Shown: positions 1 through 10,959 of the stretch, piece by piece
How the letters are laid out: each line of letters starts with the position of its first letter
How positions within the stretch are numbered: the first letter of the stretch is position 1
Assembly (NCBI GenBank): GCA_963796275.1
Contig: CAWCKY010000004.1
Span: 1,568,001-1,632,000, forward strand
Origin: an uncultured Acidobacteriota bacterium
GTDB lineage: Bacteria; Acidobacteriota; Blastocatellia; RBC074
DNA: 64,000 nucleotides
Reading direction: 5' to 3'
Program-made: the position numbers and the translations under genes
The notes under the pieces: model-generated
The model's input: only the letters and a program-made list of their open reading frames with translations
Told to the model about the DNA's origin: nothing
Databases searched by the model: none

Positions 1-2
1 GA

Positions 3-2297
3 ATGCTGCCGGTCAAAGAGCCGCAGGAACTGGTGGTTTTCTCCCACACCAACACGCTGGGTACAAGAGTCACGAGCAATAGTTTTAACTATCCGCTCTA
101 CGAAATGTTCCGCGATCGCAATCAGTCCTTCACCGGCATCTTTGCCGCGGGTGGGGTGGGAAGGGCGCGGCTGACGGTGGAGGGAACGGCAGGCGAGGTC
201 GAGTCTGCTCAACAGAATCGCGTGTCGGGTAACTTCTTCTCTGTTCTGGGAGTCGATGCGATCATAGGCCGCACTCTGACCGAGGACGATGACAGGATAG
301 TCAATCCACAACGGGTAGCGGTAATCAGCTACGATTTCTGGCAACGCCGGTTCGGCCTTGACCCCGCCGTCATAGACCGTCGAATCACTCTCGATGACAG
401 ACCGTTGACTATTGTGGGCGTCGCTCCGCCAGGCTTCTTCGGTTTCGAAGTCGGGCGTAGACCCGATATCTGGTGGCCGATCACCGAAAAGGGCGACGGT
501 TCGTTAAGACATTACGATGATTATTGGATTCGAGTAATGGGTCGTTTGCGTCCCGGAGTGAACCTCACGCAGGCGCGGGCCGAGATGCACTTGATCTACC
601 GGCAGCAGATTGATGAGATCACCAGGGGGGAAGGGGCAAACTGGAGACCGACGGAGCGGCAAAACTGGTTCGAGAGCCGTATCGAGCTCGAATCGGGGAG
701 CGCCGGTTGGACACTTTTACGTCAAAGATTCCGTCAACCGCTCTTGATCCTGATGATCACCGTCGCGCTAGTGCTGCTAGTCGCTTGTGTCAATATCGCA
801 AACCTGCTGCTGGCGCGCGCGGCGATGCGGCGCAAGGAGATTGCGGTACGGCTGGCGCTCGGCGCAGGACGCTTCAGGCTGATCCGCCAGTCGCTCACTG
901 AGAGCGTTCTGATGGCCGTGCTCGGCGGCACCGCCGGATTACTCTTCGCACACTGGATCATGCGTCTTCTCCTTGCCTACCTACCACAGCAAAGTCAGGT
1001 GTTGCTCGATGTCGCGCCGGATGGACGGGTGCTCGGATTCACTCTGGCGGTTTCGCTACTGACCGGACTGTTGTTCGGCCTGGCGCCGGCGCTACAGGCG
1101 ACGCGGCTCGACTTGATCTTGTCACTCAAGGATGCAGTGGGGAGGAGCACGGGCCGCACGCGATTTGCGTTGAACAAACTCCTGGTCGTGACACAGGTTG
1201 CGCTATCGCTCTTCCTGCTCGTCGGCGCTGGGCTCCTTGTGCGCAGCCTGCATAATTTACGGAATATAGACACTGGTTTCGATCACGAGAATCTGATGCA
1301 GTTCTCTATTGATCCTGGCAGAGGCTATAACACCGAGCAGCGCGTTAACCTGCATAAGCAACTGGTGGCGCGGCTGGAGACATTACCGGGTGTGCGCGCA
1401 GCCACATTTTCCAGTCCCGGCTTTCTGATTGGCGGTACCTATCGTACTGTTCCCACCGTTCCCGGCTACGCGGCGGGGCCCGATGAAGACCTGACGTGTC
1501 ACTATATGGATGTGGGACCACGTTTTTTTGAAACGATGAAGATACCGATCCTGGCAGGTCGCGACTTCGGGCCGCAGGGTAAAGGAGTAGTGATCAATCA
1601 GACGATGGCCCGCTATTTCTTCGGCAAACAGGACCCGGTCGGTAAGCGCTTCTACGAAGGTAAGCAGCAATATGAGATTATCGGAGTAGTGAAAGACGCC
1701 AGGTACTCTGATATGCGCGAACAACCGCCGCGCACTTTCTATCGGCAGTGGCCTCCAGATAATGTGACCTTTCAGCTGCGCACAGGCGGCGAAAATCAGG
1801 CCTATGTGGCAACGATCCACCTTCTGGTACGGGAGATCGACCCGAAGCTGCAGGTAGTGGATTTACGCACTATGGATGACGCTGTAAACGATGACCTCGT
1901 AAAGGAGCGCTTCACCGCGCAACTTGCGAGCTCCTTCAGTCTGTTCGCCCTGCTGCTGGCCTGCATCGGGTTGTACGGAGTGATGTCCTACGCTGTGGCG
2001 CGCCGGACGAGTGAGATCGGTATTCGCATGGCCCTCGGCGCACAAGCGCGGGACGTTGTAGTGCTGGTTATGCGAGAGACGATGCTGCTGGTTGTGATCG
2101 GTGTCGCTATCGGACTGGCGGCGGCATTGGCGTCCACACGTCTGGTATCCACGCTATTGTATGGCCTCACCCCCTCGGATCCTTTGACTATCGCGTTGGC
2201 CACGATGCTGTTAATCGTAGTAGCGGCTCTAGCCGGGTATCTGCCTGCGCGACGTGCAGCGCAGGTAGAACCACTTGTGTCTCTCCGGCACGAATAA
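3..2297 (+). CDS. ADOP-family duplicated ABC transporter permease (MacB/FtsX-like), 5' partial
   Basis: Two periplasmic+FtsX repeats: [33 protein letters not shown] and [25 protein letters not shown]; C-terminal ARRAAQVEPLVSLRHE. Confidence 0.93.
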   Translation: MLPVKEPQELVVFSHTNTLGTRVTSNSFNYPLYEMFRDRNQSFTGIFAAGGVGRARLTVEGTAGEVESAQQNRVSGNFFSVLGVDAIIGRTLTEDDDRIVNPQRVAVISYDFWQRRFGLDPAVIDRRITLDDRPLTIVGVAPPGFFGFEVGRRPDIWWPITEKGDGSLRHYDDYWIRVMGRLRPGVNLTQARAEMHLIYRQQIDEITRGEGANWRPTERQNWFESRIELESGSAGWTLLRQRFRQPLLILMITVALVLLVACVNIANLLLARAAMRRKEIAVRLALGAGRFRLIRQSLTESVLMAVLGGTAGLLFAHWIMRLLLAYLPQQSQVLLDVAPDGRVLGFTLAVSLLTGLLFGLAPALQATRLDLILSLKDAVGRSTGRTRFALNKLLVVTQVALSLFLLVGAGLLVRSLHNLRNIDTGFDHENLMQFSIDPGRGYNTEQRVNLHKQLVARLETLPGVRAATFSSPGFLIGGTYRTVPTVPGYAAGPDEDLTCHYMDVGPRFFETMKIPILAGRDFGPQGKGVVINQTMARYFFGKQDPVGKRFYEGKQQYEIIGVVKDARYSDMREQPPRTFYRQWPPDNVTFQLRTGGENQAYVATIHLLVREIDPKLQVVDLRTMDDAVNDDLVKERFTAQLASSFSLFALLLACIGLYGVMSYAVARRTSEIGIRMALGAQARDVVVLVMRETMLLVVIGVAIGLAAALASTRLVSTLLYGLTPSDPLTIALATMLLIVVAALAGYLPARRAAQVEPLVSLRHE

Positions 2298-2311
2298 GGA
2301 GGCTTGAGGGG

Positions 2312-2640
2312 ATGCGATTCATACGCTGGTTCTACACCATACCACTGAGATTCCGCTCGCTCTTCCGCCACCGGCAGGCCGATCAGGAGTTGGACGAAGA
2401 GCTCCGATAACACATTGAACGGCAAATCGAAGAGTTCATCGACAAATGTATGACTTTAGAGGAAGCGCGTTATGATGCGCTGCGCGCTCTCGGAGGCATT
2501 GACCAACGCAAGGAGGAGTGCCGAGATATGCGACGTGTACGGTTGATCGAAGACATGGTCCAGGATGTCCAATATGGGCTGCGGACGCTGCGCCGCAATC
2601 CAGGCTTTGCCGCGTTCTCAATTCTCATTTCGGCGGCGAC
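2312..2640 (+). pseudogene. Truncated ADOP permease N-terminus (permease prefix domain)
   Basis: ATG at 2312 reads MRFIRWFYTIPLRFRSLFRHRQADQELDEELR*(TAA 2408)HIERQ..EEARYDALRALGGIDQRKEECRD..QDVQYGLRTLRRNPGF, then similarity stops. Confidence 0.8.
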
Positions 2641-2755
2641 TCAACAATCCGCTAGTAGCGCATATTATGCGTCAGTCGCGTCAGAACGAAATGCTCTGTG
2701 TCCTTGTGGTACCCGACATATTTCCTCCATGCCTTTTGTATTCTTCCATCGGTTT

Positions 2756-3928
2756 TCAATTCATTTTCGGATTCCGATAGATACAAACATTCCTGCTGAG
2801 CTGCTTAGTCGGCGTCGCGCCTTCATCCGTCCTAATGCCATGTAGCAAGGAGAGTGCCTCGCTCAGGGCAGTAGTGGCGCCTCGCCGGGACACCTCAATC
2901 ACCTCGTTCAGACCTGTCGAGCTTGACAGATGTATCTGTTCGTAGGCGCAGATTGGAATCTCACGGTTGTCCTTAAATCGCCGATCGGGGCCACCTTTCT
3001 TGTTGACGTAGCGCCAAGTTCTCCCGACTACTGTCGCGTCCTGAGGGACAGCCTCCTCCTCAACAAACTGGCTCTCGGCGATGTTGAGATCGAGAGCTGA
3101 GTAGCTGATAGCGCCTACAGCTGCCGGCTCGAACACCAGAAGCCGATCTGGCATGAATGCAAGCACCTGCTTGCCGACTGGAACCAGTGGCACCTCGACA
3201 TTCGTTTTGACAAACGGGGGCGCGCCGGTGGTCAGGCTAAACTGCTTGCGCTTCACAATCCCACTGGCTCCTGCATGATACTTGCGGTCCTGGACTTCCC
3301 CCCGGGCTTCAATGTGCCATGTCCGGGAGCACGACCGTAACATGCTAAAGGCATCGTGGAGTCTCGCATATGCGGTCTCGACCTCCGGCTCGAGTTCGTA
3401 CAGGATAACCGTTGTCTTTCGGAGTTCGTCTTTCATGGATAGCAACCAGCAGATTCCGACAGCCAGGGCAGCGAACAGCACGACCAACCAAGTGGGCGTA
3501 TCACCCGCGAGTAATAGCAGTGTCCCGATGATGGACAGAGCGATCGCACCCGGCAGAAGTCGGACCTTCTTCCTCTTTTCGTTCATCTCCCGGAGGAGTT
3601 CACCGCTGGATGCATCAACCATCTCCTGGACGGACCTGCTTTCGATATCATGTAGTGGTCCCGCCGTGCCCGGCGGGACTTCCGGGCCAGAAGGCGCGCC
3701 GGGACCCGGCAATAGCTGAGGGTTGTTCGACCGGGTGGCTGCGCGTCCGCTTGGCGGATTGAGACTCTTGCGAAAGTAGAGCCCTCCTCGGCCCATGTGG
3801 ACGTAGTTCCCGCGCGGCCCTGTGCCGAGCCGGAGCCCCTTGATTCCTGCGGACACGCCCACGCCCGACTTTGACAGGTTGAATCGAAGCGGGCCAACTT
3901 TGAGCGCCTTCCTGATGTAGAAGCCCAT
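2756..3928 (-). CDS. DUF4236-domain membrane protein
   Basis: N-terminal MGFYIRKALKVGPLRFNLSKSGVGVSAG is typical of DUF4236; two TM segments; WRYVNKKGGPDRRFKDN motif; GGAGG RBS. Confidence 0.8.
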   Translation of the reverse strand: MGFYIRKALKVGPLRFNLSKSGVGVSAGIKGLRLGTGPRGNYVHMGRGGLYFRKSLNPPSGRAATRSNNPQLLPGPGAPSGPEVPPGTAGPLHDIESRSVQEMVDASSGELLREMNEKRKKVRLLPGAIALSIIGTLLLLAGDTPTWLVVLFAALAVGICWLLSMKDELRKTTVILYELEPEVETAYARLHDAFSMLRSCSRTWHIEARGEVQDRKYHAGASGIVKRKQFSLTTGAPPFVKTNVEVPLVPVGKQVLAFMPDRLLVFEPAAVGAISYSALDLNIAESQFVEEEAVPQDATVVGRTWRYVNKKGGPDRRFKDNREIPICAYEQIHLSSSTGLNEVIEVSRRGATTALSEALSLLHGIRTDEGATPTKQLSRNVCIYRNPKMN

Positions 3929-4306
3929 AGACTATCCTCCTCTCCGGCCGTCTAACAACGTTTTATCATTCTGTAAATTTCAGAATGGGTTATTTTCTTG
4001 CCAGCCTTTATGTACTGCTTGTGATCAGGGTGGCTTCGGTATATGGGGCAATATGAAAGCTATATTGGAGGGAAACATCTCTCTAATTTGAGTGATTAAT
4101 ATGACGCACATCTTTCAACATTTAATCTGATCGATTAAATTCAAAGATGATTGCATATTGGCTCAGTTACTTTAGTTTTGCCTGATGGTGATCTCAGCAT
4201 CTTTTGCATGGTATAGCCCCCATCCACAACCCGATCGATGCGTCCGGACTTAATAAGCCGGCTAATTTGATTGGCCGTCACCCCTGCTCTGCGAGATTGC
4301 GGCGGG

Positions 4307-5275
4307 TCACCTGGCTCTCTTCTCTTTCGCCATCGCATCAAACTCAGCGATGTCTAATCCCCTTGCATCGAGATAGTTGTGAAGCTCACGGCGAGCCGCC
4401 ATCTTCTCGCGGGCGGAGGTCTGTTCGAGGACTTCGCCAATCTTCCAGGTAACGACAGTCGCCTGCCGGTCATATCCGCTTCGCCGATAATATGCGCCAT
4501 CGTTGTACTCCCATATCCAACCCACAGGGCAATTCTCCGAGAGGGCGATCATGGTCAGGTTCTTGAGCCGCCTCGAGCAGTATGAGTCCTCAGATTCAAG
4601 ATAGGGCCCGCGGTCTTCCATCCCGGCGTAGAGACAGACCTGTTCGTCAGCGTGTTTATCGATGCCAGGCTCGGTGAGAATGAATAACTTCATTAAGCGA
4701 TCAAGCTCTTCCTGCGAGCCCTTCTCAAAGTGGAGTTCGTGACCTTCAGCGGAAGGATCAAAGAACGGGTCTTCCATGAAGCGACTGATGCCGTCGCGAA
4801 AGTAATCGTGCAGGCGTTTGCTTATCGCATCGTGGTCGTTTCCGCATTCCTGCCAGACCTCCACCAGGTCGAGTTTGTGCTCAAAGAACTCATACGAGGC
4901 CCCTTCCTTGATGACGCCGATGCCGTCAGCCCGGAAGATTACAGAGACGCTTTCGAAGCTATAGTCGCAGGTAGTGGTCAGATGAGGGATACGGGCGTTG
5001 ACGAAGCCCACCCTCTCGACCAGCGATCCTTCGCTTTCGGGTCTGACCTCTACGAATATCCTGTAATCGACGGCTCTGAAAGTGAGGTCGGGATAGACCT
5101 CTTCCAGCTTATCGAAGATGTGGTTGTATTTGGGTTCTTTCGTTGGAGACTGGCCATATCGCTCGCGCAGGAAGTTGTGGAATTTCAGAAGCGACATCAT
5201 TTCGCGGTAATCCAATTCCGCTTCGCGAGCTTTCTCATTGAGGTCTGTAAAATCCATTATGTCCTCCAGCGGCAC
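4307..5275 (-). CDS. Hypothetical acidic protein (322 aa)
   Basis: Long ORF with protein-like composition, co-oriented with neighbours; no motif recognised. Confidence 0.65.
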   Translation of the reverse strand: MPLEDIMDFTDLNEKAREAELDYREMMSLLKFHNFLRERYGQSPTKEPKYNHIFDKLEEVYPDLTFRAVDYRIFVEVRPESEGSLVERVGFVNARIPHLTTTCDYSFESVSVIFRADGIGVIKEGASYEFFEHKLDLVEVWQECGNDHDAISKRLHDYFRDGISRFMEDPFFDPSAEGHELHFEKGSQEELDRLMKLFILTEPGIDKHADEQVCLYAGMEDRGPYLESEDSYCSRRLKNLTMIALSENCPVGWIWEYNDGAYYRRSGYDRQATVVTWKIGEVLEQTSAREKMAARRELHNYLDARGLDIAEFDAMAKEKRAR

Positions 5276-5440
5276 GATTTTTTTGCGGCCCGCCGATATA
5301 TCCGGTCTAAGCGAATGATTGCCCGGATTTTCTACGAGCGGCAGCGAACATTAACGGAGCGAGGGGAGAAACCCGCTCGACCACCCCTGGCCCCTATGTG
5401 CGAGTCTCCCGCCTCCGCCTCCGCTTATTGCCGCCCGCAT

Positions 5441-5713
5441 TCATGTTCTCTTCTTCGTGTGATCATCGAATTCAGGAGCAGAGGCAGGGATCAACGTCTC
5501 GTAAGGGTCGTCATCGAACATCAACCCGAGTGAGACCATTTCGATCTCAGGTTCTCGATCGGCCCGACGGTGGAGATTGATCGCGCAGATGGCATAAGCG
5601 GGTTCGCCGTTGCTGCGGTTCCGACATTCGAGCAGGGCGATGTCGCCGTTCCTGAAAGCCCTCTCCAAAGAATTAAAGTTAGTTTTGATCGCATTGGGAA
5701 TCGCCATCATCAC
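5441..5713 (-). CDS. DUF6117-like small protein of mobile elements
   Basis: MAIP...NFNSLERA..GDIALLEC.....GEPAYAICA....G..F..DPY..L.P pattern; GAGGAGG RBS. Confidence 0.65.
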   Translation of the reverse strand: MMMAIPNAIKTNFNSLERAFRNGDIALLECRNRSNGEPAYAICAINLHRRADREPEIEMVSLGLMFDDDPYETLIPASAPEFDDHTKKRT

Positions 5714-5720
5714 CTCCTCG

Positions 5721-6833
5721 TTATCGACAGGCTGCCAGAGCCAGGGGCATTACGATTGCCACGCAGCGATCCTGATCGGATGTGCTGATAGTGAACTGGG
5801 CCGGTGTCTCGCCGTTCTTGATCTCGAGTCGGATTTCGTCTTCATCGAGAGCGTTGAAGACGTCGCTGAGATAGCTTGCGTTGAACCCCACGGTTATCTT
5901 CTTTCCTTGATATCTGACTGGTATGGTCTCGCCCGCTTCTCCGCAGCCAGCAGACTGCGATGAGATATCCAGCTTCCCTTTGCCGATCACCAGTTTGATC
6001 GCCCGCGAGCGGCTATCAGCCATCAACGCGACACGTTTGACGGCCGGAGAGATAAGGTCACGATCGAGAGTCAAACGACTAAGATTCTCTTTCGGCAGAA
6101 CGGCCGAATAGTCCGGGTACCGGCCGGCTAGCAGACAGGAGACGAGTTCACGTTTGCCGATTTTGAAGTGGATGTGATTGTCATTCTTTCCGATCAGCAG
6201 CATCTCGTCGCAGGCGGCGCATATCTTTGCCAGTTCGACCAGGGCTTTCTTGGGTATGTTTGCGTCGACCACCGCATCGAATCTTCCTTCGTGCTCGACC
6301 AGGGCCAGGCGATGGCCGTCTGTCGCTACCATTCTGATACTTTCGTCGGAGATATCCAGCTTCACGCCGTGGAGGGAGTAATGCGATCCCTCCTGACCGA
6401 CAGCGTGAATGACGCGAGGGATGAATCGCGAAAAAAGCTCGGCCGGGGCCTCGGCGTATTCGCCCGAGTATTCTTGAACGCGAGGAAAATCCTTGGCGGG
6501 CGCTCCATGCAGTTTGAACCTTGAGCCGTTACTTGCGATCGTCGCCTGGCACTGATCGTTGGTCTTAATTTCGATCTCACCATTGGCGAGAGACTTCACT
6601 ATCTCCGCCAGCTTCCTGGCAGGCAGACAGATCGAGCCGCCCCCGCCCACACTGGCCTCGCATTCGGTCGTGACTGTAACGTCGAGGTCGCTGGCGCGCA
6701 TCGTGATTTTACCGGGGACAGTTTCGATCAGAATATGCGAGAGGATAGGAATCATCTGCTTCGAACCCGCCACGCCCTGCAGGTAGTAGAGCTCGCTCAA
6801 GAGCTGATCGCGATCGACCTTAATGTTCATCAT
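5721..6833 (-). CDS. dnaN: DNA polymerase III beta sliding clamp homologue (element-borne copy)
   Basis: IPILSHILI, ASDLDV, LPARKLAEIVKSL, MVATDGHRLA, GRYPDY, GFNASYLSD, IVMP; likely start at MMNIKV (6833). Confidence 0.9.
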   Translation of the reverse strand: MMNIKVDRDQLLSELYYLQGVAGSKQMIPILSHILIETVPGKITMRASDLDVTVTTECEASVGGGGSICLPARKLAEIVKSLANGEIEIKTNDQCQATIASNGSRFKLHGAPAKDFPRVQEYSGEYAEAPAELFSRFIPRVIHAVGQEGSHYSLHGVKLDISDESIRMVATDGHRLALVEHEGRFDAVVDANIPKKALVELAKICAACDEMLLIGKNDNHIHFKIGKRELVSCLLAGRYPDYSAVLPKENLSRLTLDRDLISPAVKRVALMADSRSRAIKLVIGKGKLDISSQSAGCGEAGETIPVRYQGKKITVGFNASYLSDVFNALDEDEIRLEIKNGETPAQFTISTSDQDRCVAIVMPLALAACR

Positions 6834-6950
6834 TGCCTCTTGACTCGCCCACCAAGCCACACGGATAGAAATTGACGAAGTGGACACAGGTAGAGCGGTC
6901 TTCGTCGTGTCTTATTCGTGTGATCTGATGGGCGAATCTTGTTAATGGGT

Positions 6951-8027
6951 TTAAACCACAGCAAACTCAGATTCGGTGAAGAGCGGTGCCGGAGTATTAG
7001 TGGTTGTGGCGTTGGGAGGGACGATCTCCGAAGTGAGAAGGCTGAGCGCCTCCCGTTCCAATCCGGCGATACCGGCTCGCACCTGATCCTGCCGCATTCC
7101 GAGCAGGTCCTGATACATCTCTGCCTTCGCTTTGAGCTGCTTGTAGATGACCAGGCGCTGCGCGATCGTCTTCTCTCGCAGGCGGTCGCCGGATTCGCTC
7201 AATCGGCCGAGGTCACCCCGCAGCGAACTGATCTCATCAAGCAACCCGGCGTGGATGGCTTTGGACAGGCCGCGCTTGGCCTCGACCGCGTCGGGAACGC
7301 CGAGTGCGCAGACAAACGGATCGAGCCCAGTCATCTGAGGGATAGCGGTGATCAGCTGGCGTAAACGAAGAAGCGAATCGCGCTCTCCTGACGGCACGAA
7401 ATAGACGCCGCCCGCCTGGCGAAGCGATACTGCACTCATTCCGTTAATGATCTCGCGCATCATCTCGGACAGGTCGCGCGCGATGAACAGGTCGCGGTAT
7501 TGCCGCCAGTAGGGTGCGAGTTCCTCCGTGACGCGGCGGCTCTCTCGCTGCGCGTCGATGACGCCCTCGGCATCGGTCGTGCAGATCATCTCGCCGGTCT
7601 TCTTGTGCAGCAGGATGCGCAGCGCAGTGCCGTACGACAGGCCTAGCACGCTGAAATCGATGTCCTCGGCGACGAGCGCATAGACGAGATGCTCACTGCC
7701 CGCGCGGTTGATGACGCGGATCAGCGTTCGTCTACGACCACTACCGTTCTCGTCCTGATCTTCGTCGCCCTGCTGAAGCTGCAAATTTCTGGCAATCCGT
7801 TGTTTAACCTTGATCCATTCTGCCAATGCTCGGCGCAATGCCACGCGCGGCGTCGGCGGATCGGGCAGATATTTGTCAAAGCCTGTTGCTTGCAGCGCCT
7901 GCTCCAAGTCAGGATGGCTGACGCGAATTCCTGCCAACCGCCAGAAGACTGTGTAGCCGATGAGCGGAAACTGCGAGGTTGAGGCTTCAACGCCGTTCAG
8001 ATCATGAATGTTCACGCCTTTATGCAT
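6951..8027 (-). CDS. DUF6744/DUF3150-like hypothetical protein
   Basis: IGYTVFW at the N-terminus, AVSLRQAGGVYFVP motif, coiled-coil C-terminus ending KAEMYQDLLG; strong AAGGAGG RBS. Confidence 0.6.
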   Translation of the reverse strand: MHKGVNIHDLNGVEASTSQFPLIGYTVFWRLAGIRVSHPDLEQALQATGFDKYLPDPPTPRVALRRALAEWIKVKQRIARNLQLQQGDEDQDENGSGRRRTLIRVINRAGSEHLVYALVAEDIDFSVLGLSYGTALRILLHKKTGEMICTTDAEGVIDAQRESRRVTEELAPYWRQYRDLFIARDLSEMMREIINGMSAVSLRQAGGVYFVPSGERDSLLRLRQLITAIPQMTGLDPFVCALGVPDAVEAKRGLSKAIHAGLLDEISSLRGDLGRLSESGDRLREKTIAQRLVIYKQLKAKAEMYQDLLGMRQDQVRAGIAGLEREALSLLTSEIVPPNATTTNTPAPLFTESEFAVV

Positions 8028-8325
8028 AAGACACCTCCTTTTTCGTCAGAGTATGCCGCCCGCTTCAACTTCTGCTTGGAGGAGACGGCTCTTGAATCTC
8101 ATGAGCCATGATGGAAGCGCCGTAACTGAATAGGGAATTGTGCCATGGGAACCATCCGACACGATCTCCCACGGTATTTTCAATCGGCAATAGGACGCTC
8201 ACGCGTACTTTGGCTTGTCTTTTCTGCCTTCAGTCATGGGCTGAAGGTGAAACAACGCGGGCTTTTATTTATATTCTCAGCCGGGGTAATTGAAAATTAT
8301 GGCACCGTTGGAGACAATTGGTTGA

Positions 8326-9299
8326 TGGTTAGAATAACACAACAGATAACAAAAATGCCTGAGATTACCAATATCATTACTGCACACCTAAACACCCCTA
8401 GAATACAAAGGCCGAAACTGGTTTATTTTGATAAAAATATATATAACCAGATAAAAAAGCAGTTTTTAATAACCAGTGCTGATTACGAGTTAATTAAGAG
8501 AGCCATCAATATTGGAGTTATCATAGTCCCCGGAAGCATCACTGTGTTAGAAGAGGCACTGGGAATATATCGCAGCAAATCTAAAGGTTCCCTAGCTATA
8601 GAGAAGCAGGTGCTATCTGAACTCATTGACTGGAAACTGTTCATCAAAGCACCCAGGGATCTATTATTCGATGAAATCATGGGGTATATCAATGATGTGC
8701 CTTTTAACCCGTTTACTAGATATCCAATCACGCCAGAAAAGTTATACACAGAGGATCCAAAACAGGTGGCAGATTGGATAAATGTAGAGGCTGAAACAGA
8801 AGCACAAAAACTCGCATTTATCGATGGGCTCAAACCAGTTCGAGAGCAATTCCGTAAGCAAATGTTACAGATTCCGAAACAAAACAGAAAAATGACATTT
8901 CCCAGACTATGGCAGGAGCGGGCACATGAGTTTGCGGCAGAGTACGTCTCCAGATATTGTGCACTCAAGAAGGTGCAGAAAAAAGGGATCGAAGGCTTAT
9001 TAGATCGGAGGGTGCTACGCCTTACCGTTGGGTACGATCTTGCTTATTTCTTCAAAAAATTCATCCTTGATGCAAAGATGTCATCTTCTGATTCCCGCGA
9101 TCATCATCATGTGGCTTTAAGCTCAGTCACAGACATCTTTGTGACACAAGATGGGCCATTGGCCAACCTGCTATCCCTTGTACCAATGGAAAATTATACA
9201 GTTTGGTCATATAGGCAATTTATGAGCTGGTTGCGCCTAGTTATTGACTCGCCCACCCGAATACCTAGCTCAGTCTATAAGAAAGCTTGGGTGCGGTAA
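8326..9299 (+). CDS. AT-rich PIN-like domain protein (putative nuclease)
   Basis: VYFDKNIY start motif, acidic DSRDHHH and TDIFVTQD motifs typical of PIN-like folds; start uncertain (8145/8326/8356). Confidence 0.5.
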
Positions 9300-9318
9300 C
9301 CTAGAAGCGGCGGGAGTG

Positions 9319-10939
9319 TCAAACGGTAGAAAAGATCACTTCGAGCGCCGGTAGATCGCCCCGCAGGTCATCAACGCGAAGGACCGCATCGCTGATTTGA
9401 TCCAGCAACGATTCGCCCTGATTCGCGGCCGATCAGGACGCCGTATGCGCGCATACCGCGTTCCGCCCTTCTCCTAGACCATTCCTTCTGCGATTCGGGA
9501 GAAACATCGCTGATTCCGTCGCTGACGCAGATCACGTCGGCCTTCTCGAACTGCGATCCGTCCACCAACTCCAGCGCCTTCTCCATCCACGGCTTAAAGA
9601 CAGTCCCGCCATTGAAGAAGAAACTGGCGCAGGCGATCACCTCGGCGGGCGTGGCTTCGCCTTTCGGAAACAGGTCGAGCCGCAAGTCGTCCGGGCCCGA
9701 GAAATGGATCACGGCCAGGTCGCGCTTCTGCAGTCTCGCGATCGAGAGCAAAGCCAGCATCACTGCCTTGGACCACACCTCGCCCGTCATCCCTCCGTAG
9801 TCGGTCGTCATTGAACCTGACTCGTCGATGGCGATGATGATCGGCCCCTGGCCTTCTGGCTCGTTGCCGATCAGGTCGTACTGCATCAGGCTGTTTTCGG
9901 CAAATTTGAGATAGAAGAGGTCTTCGAGGTCGGTATCGGCCAGCAATGCGATCTCGCTCGGCAGCAGACGTTCAATTTCACAGCCCGTGGTAATCGAAGT
10001 GATCTCGTCGGGCGGATGCTTGACGCGAGTCTTCTGTTGCTGAAGCGCGATGCGAGTGAAACGACCGCAGACGGCGGCGATCTGTTGCAGTTTCGGCGAC
10101 CGACCCACCTGTTGCGCAATGACGAGCTTCTCTTTTGTCGTGAGCGATCGCCCGCTCCCGCCGTTCTCCGTACCAAAGCCGATGTCATAGCCGCCGCCGA
10201 AGGCATTGATCGCGTCGTTGGCCTGCTCAACCTCGGCCATCGCTTCGGCCAGACCTCGTCGGACGGCCCGGCGCACATTCTGTTCACGCTCTTCGGTCGA
10301 CTCTTCCAGTTTGCGGTTCAGACGCTCCGCTTTCTTCTCTCTCTTTGCGGCGTCTGCTCTCGCTTGCATTGCCTCTCGTTTCAACTGTTCGGATCGTTCC
10401 TCATCCGGCGACAGCGCCGCCAGTTCGTCGAGCGCTTCGGCACGGGCGAATAACTGCTCGACCTCGCCGGCCAGTTCGTGCAGTTGGTTGAGATACTTGA
10501 TCGTCTCTTTATCGAGGGCGGTCACGGCTGAAGCCGCACATCCGATTGTCGCCATCGCGCTGGAGAGCGAATCTCCCACCGTGCCGCTCTCACGCATCTC
10601 GCGCCATTCGGTCGTGGAGAAGATATGCTCGATGATCCCACGGTTGATTTTGTGCGCCGGAGAGAGTGGCGCGACTGGAGCGATTCGCGGAACGCGTTTG
10701 TGGAAGCTCCAGAACAGGTCACGCAAAAGTGCCGGGCCGGTGCGGATCGTATCCGCCGTCTCATCAACCGTCCGAGCCAGCCGCGCGTACTCATCCGCCG
10801 CCTGCACAAACGTCTCTACATCGAATCCGTCGTGCGCTATCGCCTGGCTGCCATCAGTAATTGCGCCGGCAACACTTTTGGAGTCTGGCAGGTCGGCGAC
10901 AAGCTCCGGCTCCTGGATTTGTTTGCTGATTGTTTCCAT
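9319..10939 (-). CDS. vWA-domain protein (ViaA/CoxE-like) with coiled-coil; C-terminal frameshift near 9425
   Basis: MIDAS motif IIIAIDESGSM, GGTVF and ICVSDG; alternative frame continues to ..LEVIFSTV* at 9319. Confidence 0.85.
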
Positions 10940-10959
10940 AAGGTCACCTGATCGGATGG

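Noticed and set aside
3945-3962. Integron attC-like GTTAGAC core just upstream of the DUF4236 gene (minus strand)
   Set aside because: No matching RYYYAAC or attC hairpin was found, and neither integrase was recognised as IntI-type; a 7-mer is expected by chance.
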